Source: Candidatus Nanopelagicaceae bacterium
GTDB lineage: Bacteria > Actinomycetota > Actinomycetes > Nanopelagicales > Nanopelagicaceae
Reading direction: 5' to 3'
Length of the DNA: 64,000 bases
Assembly: GCA_947454735.1 (NCBI GenBank)
Contig: CANGLK010000003.1
Coordinates: 9,138 to 73,137, forward strand
Shown here piece after piece: positions 29,893 to 40,381 of this stretch. The notes beneath the pieces are model-generated. The model had not been told where the DNA came from. It searched no databases and saw only the letters and a list, made by a program, of their open reading frames with translations. The stretch's first letter is position 1. Each line of letters begins with the position of its first letter. The translations under genes were made by a program, and so were the position numbers.

Positions 29893-30681
29893 TTAAATGG
29901 AACGAGCGAAGAATCTCTCGCCCTCATGAACGACCGTGATGGGAAGTTCGAAGATTGCAGAGATATGTTGACTTGTGATGACCTCGGCAACGGGCCCGGA
30001 TATAGCCACCTGACCATCTTTGAGAATAAGCGCATGAGTCGTTCCCGCAGGAATTTCCTCGATATGGTGCGTGACGAGAAGCGATGCCGGTGCCATTGGA
30101 TCACTTGCGAAAACCGAGAAGCGGCGCAATAGATCTTCGCGTCCACCAAGGTCTAAGCCAGAGGCCGGTTCATCGAGTAGTAAAAGTTCAGGATCTGCCA
30201 TCAGCGCTCGTGAAATCTGAACACGCTTGCGTTCACCTTCACTAAGGGTGCCATAGCTCCGATCAGCGAGATCGCGAACACCAAATGTTGTCAGCAAGGC
30301 GACTGCACGGGACTCATCCCATAGATCATAGGCTTCATTCCAGCGACCTAAGATTGCGTAAGCTGCGGTGAGCACAACATCGCGAACGACTTCGCTCTCT
30401 GGAATAACTTCAGAGATAAGTGCGCCGCAGATTCCGATCCTAGTTCTCAACTCAGCGAGATCGACCTTGCCCATCTCTTTATCTAATAGATGAACTGATC
30501 CAGTCGTTGGGAAGAAACGAGTCGCAAGTATCTGAAGAAGAGTCGACTTACCGGCCCCATTAGGACCAAGAACAACCCAGCGCTCTCCGGGCTTAATTGC
30601 AAAAGTTAAGGGACCAAGGATCGTGCGATCTCCGCGACGTACAGAAACGTCGCGAAGTTCTAATACATACTCTCCGGCCAT
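29893..30681 (-). CDS. Stand-alone ABC ATPase (ModF/YlmA-like)
   Basis: GPNGAGKS, LSEGE, LLLDEP, VTHH; no permease adjacent. Confidence 0.85.
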   Translation of the reverse strand: MAGEYVLELRDVSVRRGDRTILGPLTFAIKPGERWVVLGPNGAGKSTLLQILATRFFPTTGSVHLLDKEMGKVDLAELRTRIGICGALISEVIPESEVVRDVVLTAAYAILGRWNEAYDLWDESRAVALLTTFGVRDLADRSYGTLSEGERKRVQISRALMADPELLLLDEPASGLDLGGREDLLRRFSVFASDPMAPASLLVTHHIEEIPAGTTHALILKDGQVAISGPVAEVITSQHISAIFELPITVVHEGERFFARSI

Positions 30682-30762
30682 GCGAGCACGATATATCTTT
30701 CATAGTGAAATCCTCGGTAGAAATAACCTCTCCGATGAGTGATTCGTACTAACCTGACCCCT

Positions 30763-31965
30763 ATGACGAGCGAAAAGAGCCAATTTACGGGGTTAATTCT
30801 CCTCTCTGGCGTAGATACACCCGGAATTACTCAGGCTCTCTTTGAGACGCTCTCACCATTTGCCGTGACCGTTCTCGATATTGAACAAGTCGTTGCTCGA
30901 GATCGAGTCATCCTGACAGTCCTCATCGCCCTCAATCCAGACCACCGCGAGGCAATCGATGAGGATCTCAATCTCTGTGCGGAGAAACTAGGCGTTGATA
31001 TCGCCACCTCTTTTCAAAGTCAAGAAGGTTCAACCATTGCAGCAAAGACAGGCTTGATGCATGTTGTCGCACTTGGTAACCCGCTCAATCCAGCGGCAAT
31101 TAGCGCCATCGCATCTGAGATCGCAGAACACGGTGGAAATATCGAGCGCATCCATCGCACCGCTAGCTATCCAGTGACAGCTATTGAATTCGTAGTCTCT
31201 GAGGTAGATCAAAACTGTATTCGACCAACCCTTGCTCAAGTCGCAAACTCTCACTCTGTCGATATCGCAGTCTCACCCGGTGGTCTTATGCGATGGGCGA
31301 AGAAACTCGTTGTGATGGATGTTGATTCCACGCTCATCCAGCAAGAGGTAATCGAACTCTTAGGAGCAAAGGCCGGTAAAGAGGCTGAGATTAAATCAAT
31401 TACCGATCGAGCTATGGCTGGCGAGTTAGATTTTGAGGCTAGCCTACGCGCTCGTGTGGCACTACTTGAAGGACTTTCAGAGAGCGTCATCGATGAAGTG
31501 CGCGGGGAAATTCTACTTACACCTGGTGCTCGTACCCTTGTTTCTACTTTGAAGAAGTTGGGCCATAGCGTTGCAGTTGTCTCTGGCGGATTTACTGCTG
31601 TGATCGAACCGATTTTGTTAGAGCTTGGCATCACTCACTACCGAGCAAATACACTCGAAATAATCGATGGGAAATTAACCGGAAAGATTATTGGTGATGT
31701 CATCGATCGCGCAGCGAAGGCAACAGCACTTCGTGACTTCGCAGCTCTTGAAGGAGTAACTCTCGAGCAGACTATTGCTATCGGTGATGGCGCAAATGAT
31801 CTCGACATGATTGCGGCAGCTGGTTTGGGTATTGCCTTTAATGCAAAGCCAGCTGTAAAAGCAGCAGCAGATAGTTCTCTCACTGCGCCTTACCTAGATT
31901 CAGTCCTCTATCTCCTTGGAATTACTCGCGAAGAAGTTGAAGAAGCTGGAGCCTCTCGTAAGTAG
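30763..31965 (+). CDS. serB: Phosphoserine phosphatase with ACT domains
   Basis: SG.D.PGI ACT domain, DVDSTL, VSGGF, GDGAND; ATG 7 nt after TAACCT. Confidence 0.94.
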   Translation: MTSEKSQFTGLILLSGVDTPGITQALFETLSPFAVTVLDIEQVVARDRVILTVLIALNPDHREAIDEDLNLCAEKLGVDIATSFQSQEGSTIAAKTGLMHVVALGNPLNPAAISAIASEIAEHGGNIERIHRTASYPVTAIEFVVSEVDQNCIRPTLAQVANSHSVDIAVSPGGLMRWAKKLVVMDVDSTLIQQEVIELLGAKAGKEAEIKSITDRAMAGELDFEASLRARVALLEGLSESVIDEVRGEILLTPGARTLVSTLKKLGHSVAVVSGGFTAVIEPILLELGITHYRANTLEIIDGKLTGKIIGDVIDRAAKATALRDFAALEGVTLEQTIAIGDGANDLDMIAAAGLGIAFNAKPAVKAAADSSLTAPYLDSVLYLLGITREEVEEAGASRK

Positions 31966-32811
31966 TTAGAGGCGGCAGGCGTGGATATCGGTGACGAGAA
32001 TTCCTCGTGCACCAAGTGCCCACAGCTCATCCATCAAACGATTGGTCTCTGTTCGGAGAACCATTGCGCGCACTGCTACCCAATCTGCCTTCTGTAAAGG
32101 AGAGATTGTTGGCGATTCAAGGCCAGGTGTAATCGCGCAGGCCTTCTCCACTGAAATCTTAGGAACGTCATAGTCCAGAAGTACATATTGCCGCGCCGTG
32201 ACAACGCCCTGTAGTCGACGTATGAGAATGTCGAGCCCTGCCGGAACTTGTGCGCCTTCTCGCTTAATGAGTATCGCCTCAGATGTGAGGATTGGATCTC
32301 CGAAGACCTCTAACCCTGCTTGGCGAAGTGTATTTCCAGTGCTCACAACGTCGGCGATGAGATCTGCTACTCCAAGACGGACGGAACTTTCGACTGCGCC
32401 ATCGAGTCGAACGACAGATGCGCTAATTCCCCGCTGCGATAGATAGTTTTCAACGAGTCCTGGATAGGCAGTTGCAACACGCTTGCCAGAGATTCTTTCA
32501 ACTGAGAGCTCTGACCCAACAGGTGCTGCGAATCGAAATGTTGATCCACCAAAATCGAGAGCAAGAACCTCTTCCGCACTTGCCGCTGAATCAATGAGAA
32601 GATCGCGTCCCGTAATTCCAGCTTCTAGCTCGCCTGAGCCTACATAGATTGCAATATCTCGTGGTCGTAAGTAATAGAACTCGACTCCATTTGAACTATC
32701 GGTGAGTACAAGGTCTCTCGAATCTGAACGTTGGCGATAGCCAGCTTCTTTAAGGATTGCGATAGAAGAATCTGCGAGTGAGCCTTTATTGGGAACGGCG
32801 ATTCGTAACAT
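31966..32811 (-). CDS. hisG: ATP phosphoribosyltransferase (long form)
   Basis: RIAVPNKGSL, RPRDI, DGAVE, DVVSTG.TL, TPGLESPTISPL. Confidence 0.95.
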   Translation of the reverse strand: MLRIAVPNKGSLADSSIAILKEAGYRQRSDSRDLVLTDSSNGVEFYYLRPRDIAIYVGSGELEAGITGRDLLIDSAASAEEVLALDFGGSTFRFAAPVGSELSVERISGKRVATAYPGLVENYLSQRGISASVVRLDGAVESSVRLGVADLIADVVSTGNTLRQAGLEVFGDPILTSEAILIKREGAQVPAGLDILIRRLQGVVTARQYVLLDYDVPKISVEKACAITPGLESPTISPLQKADWVAVRAMVLRTETNRLMDELWALGARGILVTDIHACRL

Positions 32812-32827
32812 GGGCAAGCCTGCTCTC

Positions 32828-33091
32828 TTAGAGGTAACGGTAGATATCGTCGGGTGTGAGGCCGCGTGCCAGCATCAAAGTTTGTAGGTGATAGATCAAT
32901 TGGCTAATTTCTTCAGCGAGAGCCTCATCGCTCTCATGTTCTGCGGCTAACCAGACCTCACCAGCTTCTTCGAGAATCTTCTTACCGATGGAGTGAACGC
33001 CAGACTCAACAGCCGCGACAGTTCCTGACCCCTCTGAGCGAGTCTCTAGCTTTGCTACGAGTTCAACCCATAGAGAATCAAATGACTTCAT
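32828..33091 (-). CDS. hisE: Phosphoribosyl-ATP pyrophosphatase
   Basis: [30 protein letters not shown]. Confidence 0.93.
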   Translation of the reverse strand: MKSFDSLWVELVAKLETRSEGSGTVAAVESGVHSIGKKILEEAGEVWLAAEHESDEALAEEISQLIYHLQTLMLARGLTPDDIYRYL

Positions 33092-33103
33092 ATGCAGATT
33101 CTA

Positions 33104-33784
33104 CTAGAGAGCAGGCGATGCGCTCTCGGATTTACTGATTTGAAGCCATGAGATAAAGCCCCAGATTACAAAGGGAAGGTAGATTGCATAGAGAGTGCCT
33201 GTTGGGTAATAGCCATTTTTGAAGGCAAATGGAACTCCTACGAGGTCTACAGCAATCCATACGAGCCAGAACTCGACGTAACCTCGGCTCATTCCATATG
33301 TTGCCAGAGCAGTACCAGTGAAGATCCATGTATCGACGAATAACCATTGACCGCTCTCGCCGAGGGATTTAAAGATCTGTGATGAGATGAGAAAGAATCC
33401 GACAATTACGGGTACGAGAATCAACTTCTCACGCGAAGAAGTCCAACGAGGCCGTACCGGCGATGCTCCGGCTATTCCGTCACGCTTGTGGTGGGACCAA
33501 CGTATCCAGCCATAAGCGCTGACGATTATGAGGAGGAGATTTCTACTTGCCTGACCATAGAAATTTGCATGTTGGTTCGCATCACCAAATGAGAAGACCG
33601 CACCTAGAAAGACAGTAAAGAGGAGAGCATCACCAATAATTCCGACTGGCCAAGCTGAAACTTTACGACGCGCACCGAGGATCGCACTTGTCAGACCTAA
33701 CAAGCCACCGATCACCTCACGCACAGCAATTGATTTACTTCCAAAGGTGATTGTTGATTCGAATAACCACTTTAATAACGACAC
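33104..33784 (-). CDS. PnuC-family transporter, probably riboflavin transporter (RibM/PnuX type)
   Basis: RRK..AWPVG, YGW..W, DTWIF.G..LATYGM.RG.VEFWLVWIAVD.VGVP; lies where the rib operon usually sits. Confidence 0.75.
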   Translation of the reverse strand: MSLLKWLFESTITFGSKSIAVREVIGGLLGLTSAILGARRKVSAWPVGIIGDALLFTVFLGAVFSFGDANQHANFYGQASRNLLLIIVSAYGWIRWSHHKRDGIAGASPVRPRWTSSREKLILVPVIVGFFLISSQIFKSLGESGQWLFVDTWIFTGTALATYGMSRGYVEFWLVWIAVDLVGVPFAFKNGYYPTGTLYAIYLPFVIWGFISWLQISKSESASPAL

Positions 33785-34443
33785 TATTCTCCCCTAGCCT
33801 TATTACGAAGTAGCGTCACCATCTCAGCAGGATCATCTGATTTAAAGACAGCACTTCCCGCTACAAAAGTATCTGCCCCTGCTTGTGCTGCTCGCTCAAT
33901 TGTCTCAAGTGATATGCCACCATCGACTTGAAGCCAGATTGGACGATCCCCGATAAGTTTTCTAGTGATGGAAATCTTCTCAAGCATCGCCTCGATAAAG
34001 GATTGACCACCAAAGCCAGGTTCTACGGTCATAATCAAGACCATATCAACGCCATCGAGATAATCAGCATAATCTTTAATATTTGTTCCTGGCTTGAGTG
34101 CGATTGAGGCGCGAGCTCCTGCGGCGCGAATACCACGCGCAGTTCCTCGAATGTCTTTTGCAGCCTCAACATGAAAGGTAACGCTGGCGCTGCCAGCTTC
34201 TGCATACTGAATCGCAATCTGATCTACTTCGGCAACCATGAGGTGCGAATCGATTGGTATTGGAGATGAAGCGATAATTGACGATGCGGCATCGAAATCA
34301 AAGGTGAAGTTAGGAACGAAGATATTGTCCATAATATCGAGATGAATGAAATCCGAGACTTCTGCAATCTTGGATATCTCTGCGGCAAGATTTGAGAAGT
34401 CGGCATTAAGAATGCTCGGCGTAATTCGAATATCTTGGCTCAT
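33784..34443 (-). CDS. rpe: Ribulose-phosphate 3-epimerase
   Basis: PSILNADF, HLDIMD..FVPN, DSHLMV, MTVEPGFGGQ, VDGG. Confidence 0.96.
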   Translation of the reverse strand: MSQDIRITPSILNADFSNLAAEISKIAEVSDFIHLDIMDNIFVPNFTFDFDAASSIIASSPIPIDSHLMVAEVDQIAIQYAEAGSASVTFHVEAAKDIRGTARGIRAAGARASIALKPGTNIKDYADYLDGVDMVLIMTVEPGFGGQSFIEAMLEKISITRKLIGDRPIWLQVDGGISLETIERAAQAGADTFVAGSAVFKSDDPAEMVTLLRNKARGE

Positions 34444-34452
34444 CGTAGAAGG

Positions 34453-35808
34453 TTAATTCGCTTTCTTAAATATCGCTAGGAACATTGAATCCGTGTGGTG
34501 AAGATGGCCCCAGAGCGAGAGCGCACCCGCACGAGTTCCATCCGACAATCCATCAGGTATGAGCGAAGATATATCAACTAACTCCAACTCGGGATGTTCC
34601 TTCAAAATCTGCTTCACCTGACCGGTGGTTTCAGCAAAGTGAGGCGAGCAGGTCGCATAGCCAAAGTGGCCACCTGGATTGAGTACAGAGATTGCCGCAT
34701 TGCTCAGCTCTAGCTGAAGCTGTAGGAGTGGTGCTAAATCCTTGATGGTGCGACGCCAGCGAACCTCAGGTCTGCGCCTTAGCGCGCCAAGACCTGTGCA
34801 TGGAACATCTGCAAGGATTGCATCAAATGTTCGACCGTGTGAAGCAATTTCACGGCCATCACCAACAATGACCCCGAACTTGCCAATGACATTCTTAACC
34901 AACTTTGCTCGCGGTTCAGAGATTTCATTTGCCACGAAGTCTCTTCCATCAACCTCACAGATATGCGATAGAAGTGCGGCCTTGCCGCCAGGACCTGCGC
35001 AGAGATCGAGAGTACTTGTAGCACTCGCTGTTGCTCTCGCAAAGATATCTGCAACAAGTTGCGACCCTTCATCTTGTACGCCTGCCTTGCGATGGCGAAT
35101 GATCTCGAGTGAACCTGGTGCCCCACTAAAACGAGCTCCATATGGTGAGTACTCAGTTGCCGTTGCACCTAGCGCAACCAGCTCCTCTTGCGTTGATGCT
35201 CCCGGCCACGATACAAGCGTAGGAAGAGCTGGCGTGTTATTGGAGCGCAACTCTGCCTCAACTGCATCAACATCTTTCAGTAGATCGAGATATGCAGAGA
35301 CAATCCATTCTGGGTGCGAGTATTCAATTGCCAAACGTGAGATGGGATCACTCATAGCGCGGACTGGTTCAAGCCATTCATCCATCTCTTTGGCAGATGC
35401 CTTGCGCATGAGGGCGTTGACGAAACTTCCCTTCGACTCCCCCAGTTGCTTACGTGCCACATCTACCGTTGCAGAAACTGCAGCATGGAGTGGCGTGCGC
35501 ATGGTGAAAATCTGATGCGCACCCATTCGCGCGAGATCCACGATATCGGCATCAACCTGGCTCCACTGGCGATCGCTGATCTGAGCGAAGATATAGTCAT
35601 AGAGACCCTGCATCCGAATCGTTCCGTAGACCAGCTCGGTAGTGAATCCTCGGTCGCGTTCATCCATAGTCGAAGCTGAGAGCGCTTGTGGCAATAAGAG
35701 ATTGGAATAACCGTTTCGTCGATTGACCTCAGAGATAATGTCATAGGCAAGCAAACGAGGAGCATCTGGGCGTGGTTTGGTGAATTTCTTAGGCGGGAAA
35801 CTACTCAC
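34453..35808 (-). CDS. rsmB: RsmB/Fmu rRNA m5C methyltransferase
   Basis: NusB-like N-terminus, VQDEGSQ, DLCAGPGGK, DVPCTGLG, ATCS; start uncertain (35808-35823). Confidence 0.9.
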   Translation of the reverse strand: MSSFPPKKFTKPRPDAPRLLAYDIISEVNRRNGYSNLLLPQALSASTMDERDRGFTTELVYGTIRMQGLYDYIFAQISDRQWSQVDADIVDLARMGAHQIFTMRTPLHAAVSATVDVARKQLGESKGSFVNALMRKASAKEMDEWLEPVRAMSDPISRLAIEYSHPEWIVSAYLDLLKDVDAVEAELRSNNTPALPTLVSWPGASTQEELVALGATATEYSPYGARFSGAPGSLEIIRHRKAGVQDEGSQLVADIFARATASATSTLDLCAGPGGKAALLSHICEVDGRDFVANEISEPRAKLVKNVIGKFGVIVGDGREIASHGRTFDAILADVPCTGLGALRRRPEVRWRRTIKDLAPLLQLQLELSNAAISVLNPGGHFGYATCSPHFAETTGQVKQILKEHPELELVDISSLIPDGLSDGTRAGALSLWGHLHHTDSMFLAIFKKAN

Positions 35809-36706
35809 AGAGCTCACCTTCACTTAATCGTGCCCCATTGGCCCATGCTGATGCATCCATTTGGGCCTTACCTACCGGCGTTATATGAGAAATCTCTAGC
35901 GCATCTGTCGCTGTTCCAATAAAAACTCTCTTCGCAATCACAGCAATTTCACCAGGATTGATCTTCTCTTGCGACAGGTGCGGCGAAGCAACCTTGATAG
36001 GTGATCCGCGGAAGTTGGTCCAGGCACCTGGGTTAGATGTGAATGCACGGATCTTTGCGCTGATTTCCTCGGCGGTGAGATTCCAATTTATCCGAGCTTC
36101 ATCGCGTGAGAGTTTGAGAGCGCGGGTAGCTCCTTCATTACTCTGCGGAGTTGGCTTTATTCCTTGAGACATCTTTTCGAGTGTTTCGAGCACAGCATCA
36201 ACGCCCAACTCTCCCAGTTCAATAAAGAGTTCATCGCTTGTGATGTCGCTATCGAGTGCAAAGCGATGAACCGTGTAGATGGGACCAGTATCCATTCCTG
36301 CATCGAGCTTGAAGACCGTCACACCTGTCACCGCATCTTGCGCTTCGATCGCTCGTTGGACCGGCGCCGCACCGCGCCATCGAGGTAAGAGCGAGAAGTG
36401 AAGGTTGAGAAAACCGTATGGCGGAATCGAGAGCGTTCCTTCAGGTATCAAGAGGCCGTACCCAATAGTGATCACGCAATCTACATCTGCAATGTGGGAT
36501 GCAATCTCACCCTTATTCTCGGGGCGAGCTAAAGGGATTTCATGAGCAAGTGCCCATTGAGAAACTGCTGTAGGCGTGAGCGTCTTTCCTCGTCCTGCTG
36601 GACGATCTGGCTGTGAAATAACTCGAACCAACTCATGTTCACTCTTTAGTAAAGTTTCGAGAGTAGGAAGAGCAACTTCTGGTGAAGCTGCAACGGCAAG
36701 GCGCAC
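35801..36706 (-). CDS. fmt: Methionyl-tRNA formyltransferase
   Basis: QPDRPAGRG, NLHFSLLPRWRGAAP, MDTG; GTG overlaps the def stop (TAGTG). Confidence 0.95.
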   Translation of the reverse strand: MRLAVAASPEVALPTLETLLKSEHELVRVISQPDRPAGRGKTLTPTAVSQWALAHEIPLARPENKGEIASHIADVDCVITIGYGLLIPEGTLSIPPYGFLNLHFSLLPRWRGAAPVQRAIEAQDAVTGVTVFKLDAGMDTGPIYTVHRFALDSDITSDELFIELGELGVDAVLETLEKMSQGIKPTPQSNEGATRALKLSRDEARINWNLTAEEISAKIRAFTSNPGAWTNFRGSPIKVASPHLSQEKINPGEIAVIAKRVFIGTATDALEISHITPVGKAQMDASAWANGARLSEGELCE

Positions 36707-37266
36707 TACAGGCCTCGGCCAAATGGATCGTGTGGTGAAACCTTGATCTGGGGATTGAGACCTAACTCGCTCGCCATACCGAACCATTCAGATTCACGGA
36801 TCTCTTTCATAGCGAGTTTGCGATCTTCGGTCGAGAGACGATCGATAAAGAGGATTCCATCGAGATGGTCAGTCTCGTGCTGGAGTGCGCGAGCGAGTAG
36901 TTCCGTGCCTTCCACGACGAGAGGTTCACCGTGCATATTGAAACCCTTTGCAACGGCCCGCAGTGAGCGAGGAGTTGGGTAGACAAGATCCGGAAAACTC
37001 AGACACCCTTCAACGCCCTCTTGTAATTCACTACTGAGATCAAGTGTTGGATTGATGAGATGACCAAGCTCGCCATCAACATCCCAGACAAAGACACGAA
37101 GAGGAACCCCAATTTGAGGGGCGGCAAGTCCAGCCCCAGGCGCATTGAGCATCGTCTCAGTGAGATCTTTGACCAACGTTCGCAGCTCCTTATCGAAGTC
37201 GATTACCTCGCTCGCAGGAGTCACCAAAACTGGATCGCCAAAGTGACGAATTTCCTTGATAGACAT
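36706..37266 (-). CDS. def: Peptide deformylase
   Basis: GAGLAAPQIG, EGCLS, QHETDHLDG. Confidence 0.96.
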   Translation of the reverse strand: MSIKEIRHFGDPVLVTPASEVIDFDKELRTLVKDLTETMLNAPGAGLAAPQIGVPLRVFVWDVDGELGHLINPTLDLSSELQEGVEGCLSFPDLVYPTPRSLRAVAKGFNMHGEPLVVEGTELLARALQHETDHLDGILFIDRLSTEDRKLAMKEIRESEWFGMASELGLNPQIKVSPHDPFGRGL

Positions 37267-37279
37267 GGGCTAAGTCTAT

Positions 37280-39163
37280 CTAACGCGAGAGCGAATACGG
37301 GTCAATTCGAAGTGAAGGCAAATCCTTCTTTGAAGCGCTACGCCTTCTCATAAATTCATGGACAGTTGAAATGAGGCTTTCGCCCTCACCTGTATCAACT
37401 GAGAGAATCAAAGAAGCTTTTTCTCCAGATGGAATAGGGCCAAGAATCTTCGTTGATGAAGGAAGCCTTCCCTCATCTCTAGATGCTATGAGGGCGCTCC
37501 TTAAACGTGTGATATCTGAACTCTCCATCGTGAGATGAGCTATACGCACATAAGGAGGTAGTGAGAGAGATTTTCGCTCCTCTAAATCTCGATGTATCGC
37601 AATCACCGGATTCCATGTAGAAAGGGCGGTTGCGATTGCATGTCCTTCATCTTGAACCAGGATAATTGGAGAACCGGATGCAGCAAGTGCTGCATGGGCA
37701 AAGTACATCTCGCGCACTCTCTCACCTGCCCTCATATCCGGCTGATCTAAGAATTTATTACCCTCGAGGATAACCACCGCTGAATATCCATCGAGAGATG
37801 CTGGGGCCATGCCTGGAGTAGAGATAATCAATCCACTAGAGACAATCTCGTTAATGCGATGATCAGCAGAAGAAAGATGAATAGCGGTTCCTGGCAGGAG
37901 AAGCCCAAGCTCATGGCTATGTCTTTCAATCCCTCGAGATTGAAGTGATGGAACTATGTGGTTGCACCATATACATTGCCATTGAGGTGAAATCTTCGCA
38001 CAGTGATGACAGGTGATGGGTGAGTTGTGAGCGCTCTTTATATGCGCTCCCCCGCACTCACAGCGAGAAATCGTTCGACACTTAGCGCAACGAATCGCTT
38101 GGGCATAACCTTTACTTGGAACGATTGCTAGGACCGGACCACTATGGAGGGCCTTCTTTATCACGGTCAAAGCTCTCGATGGAAGGAACTCACCATGGGT
38201 CGGTTGATAGGTAAGAACCTTCATCTTTGCTCGGGATCTCTTAAATTCAACCCACTCTTCGTCGATAAAACGCGATACTTCAGAACTCGGTGAATATCCG
38301 ACGAAGTAGAGATCGAGGGTTTCCTGTTCTCTACGAATCAGAGCAATATCTCTCGCATTCCAACCGGGTGAACGCCTCTCGTAGAGATTCTCTGAGCCCT
38401 CGTTGTAGATAATAATTGAACGAAGGTTTGACACCGGGGCAAAGATTGCTGAGCGCGTGCCAATGACTACCGTTCTCTGGCCTAAGCGAACTTCTAGAAA
38501 GTTCTTAAAGTATTCAGATTTTGATAACTGTGAATCTAACACTGCAGGGTTAATTGATTGAGCTCTGAGTGCAGCGTAGAGATTCTTGACCTCTTGAGTA
38601 TCCGGCAAAATCACCAATACTCCCCCAGCGCCTTTAAGCGATAGAACCTTCTTCGCAATGAGGTTTGCTCTCGACTCAGATGGAGGTAATTGGAGATATT
38701 GCTGCTGAATCTGCCTCTGGATTGAGTCCACAGTTGGCTCGGTGTAGAGAAAATCTTTCTCAATGGTCGCCATACGATCAGGAATCGCTGAACGGATAAG
38801 GTCGAATGGATGAGCTGCATAACGCGCTCCGGCGCTCTTGATGAGTTCAATGAGTGGCGCAGTCAACAGTGGGATCTTTCCAATTACCTTTGAGATTCTC
38901 TTTAGCCCTGAATAACTATCGGGAGAGCGCATTTCAATAACGATGCCGGTGATCTCTCGACCATGGAACGGGAGCGAGACGAGAGATCCGATATGAATTT
39001 CAGCCGAAAGATTGCCCGGGATCACATATGAGAAGGGTGTATCTAGGTGGTAGACCGAAGCATCAACCCACACATCGGCAACTGTGAATGGGCCACTCGG
39101 TTCAACAGGCGATGGTTGTATAACCTCGCGCTTTAGCTTGAGTTTTGCCACAGACTTAACCAT
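37280..39163 (-). CDS. priA: Primosomal protein N' (helicase motifs degenerate)
   Basis: HLDTPFSY, IGTRSA.FAP, four CxxC-type Zn ligand pairs, LPPY, ILGP, RIDP. Confidence 0.88.
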   Translation of the reverse strand: MVKSVAKLKLKREVIQPSPVEPSGPFTVADVWVDASVYHLDTPFSYVIPGNLSAEIHIGSLVSLPFHGREITGIVIEMRSPDSYSGLKRISKVIGKIPLLTAPLIELIKSAGARYAAHPFDLIRSAIPDRMATIEKDFLYTEPTVDSIQRQIQQQYLQLPPSESRANLIAKKVLSLKGAGGVLVILPDTQEVKNLYAALRAQSINPAVLDSQLSKSEYFKNFLEVRLGQRTVVIGTRSAIFAPVSNLRSIIIYNEGSENLYERRSPGWNARDIALIRREQETLDLYFVGYSPSSEVSRFIDEEWVEFKRSRAKMKVLTYQPTHGEFLPSRALTVIKKALHSGPVLAIVPSKGYAQAIRCAKCRTISRCECGGAHIKSAHNSPITCHHCAKISPQWQCIWCNHIVPSLQSRGIERHSHELGLLLPGTAIHLSSADHRINEIVSSGLIISTPGMAPASLDGYSAVVILEGNKFLDQPDMRAGERVREMYFAHAALAASGSPIILVQDEGHAIATALSTWNPVIAIHRDLEERKSLSLPPYVRIAHLTMESSDITRLRSALIASRDEGRLPSSTKILGPIPSGEKASLILSVDTGEGESLISTVHEFMRRRSASKKDLPSLRIDPYSLSR

Positions 39164-39186
39164 TGCAGCTCAAGCCTTAACGTTGA

Positions 39187-40377
39187 TTACTTAACAGCTG
39201 CTTGTAAAGCGGCAACGCGATCTGTCATCTCCCAAGAGAAGTCAGGTAGCTCACGACCGAAGTGGCCATATGAAGCTGTCTGTGAATAGATAGGACGTAA
39301 TAGGTTGAGATCTCGAATGATTGCTGCAGGGCGTAGATCAAAGACAGTTGTCACTGCCTCTTGAATCTTTGCAATCGCAACTGTCTCAGTTCCAAAGGTC
39401 TCAACAAATACGCCAACAGGTTGTGCTTTACCGATTGCATAGGCAACCTGCACCTCGCATCGACGGGCAAGGCCAGCAGCTACTACGTTCTTAGCTACCC
39501 AACGCATTGCATACGCTGCTGAACGGTCTACCTTCGACGGATCTTTTCCTGAGAATGCACCGCCACCATGGCGAGCCATTCCGCCGTAGGTATCAACAAT
39601 GATCTTGCGACCTGTGAGGCCCGCATCTCCCATCGGTCCACCAACAACAAATCGCCCCGTTGGGTTGATCAAAGTACGAAGATCCTTACGCGGAAGATCG
39701 ATCTTCTCAAGGATTGGATCGATAACGTACTTAATGATTTCTGGGGTGAGCTGCTTCGCAACGTCAACCTCTTCTGCATGTTGGCTAGAGATGACAACGG
39801 TATCGAGCGCAACAGCGCGATCGCCATCATATTCAATCGTTACCTGAGTCTTGCCATCAGGGCGAAGATATGGAAGTTGACCTGACTTGCGAACGAGAGA
39901 GAGTTGCTGTGAAAGCTGATGAGCAAGGTAGATAGGAAGAGGCATGAGCTCCTTCGTATCATCACATGCGTAACCGAACATAAGCCCCTGGTCGCCAGCG
40001 CCTTGAAGATCTAGCGGATCGCTTGCAGATGTAACGCGGTGCTCAAATGCGTCATCAACGCCTTGTGCAATATCCGGTGATTGCTGGCCGATTGAAATCG
40101 AGACACCACAGCTATTACCGTCGAAGCCCTTAACAGATGAGTCATAACCGATTCCGATGACTGTATCACGGACGATTCCCATCACATCGGCATAACCTGA
40201 TGTAGTTACCTCTCCGGCAACGTGAACCTGACCAGTTGTGATCAGCGTTTCTACTGCTACACGGCTGGATGGATCCTGTGTAAGAAGTGAATCTAGGATC
40301 GCATCTGAAATTTGATCTGCAATCTTATCTGGATGACCTTCTGTTACTGATTCTGATGTGAAGAGGCGCTTTGACAT
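39187..40377 (-). CDS. metK: S-adenosylmethionine synthetase
   Basis: [28 protein letters not shown]. Confidence 0.98.
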   Translation of the reverse strand: MSKRLFTSESVTEGHPDKIADQISDAILDSLLTQDPSSRVAVETLITTGQVHVAGEVTTSGYADVMGIVRDTVIGIGYDSSVKGFDGNSCGVSISIGQQSPDIAQGVDDAFEHRVTSASDPLDLQGAGDQGLMFGYACDDTKELMPLPIYLAHQLSQQLSLVRKSGQLPYLRPDGKTQVTIEYDGDRAVALDTVVISSQHAEEVDVAKQLTPEIIKYVIDPILEKIDLPRKDLRTLINPTGRFVVGGPMGDAGLTGRKIIVDTYGGMARHGGGAFSGKDPSKVDRSAAYAMRWVAKNVVAAGLARRCEVQVAYAIGKAQPVGVFVETFGTETVAIAKIQEAVTTVFDLRPAAIIRDLNLLRPIYSQTASYGHFGRELPDFSWEMTDRVAALQAAVK

Positions 40378-40381
40378 GTGG

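Noticed and set aside
34742-35515. 257-aa antisense ORF, and similar ones at 63284-63904, 21628-22116 and 60966-61454
   Set aside because: Shadow or alternate frames of well-conserved genes, with no recognisable motifs or initiation signals.
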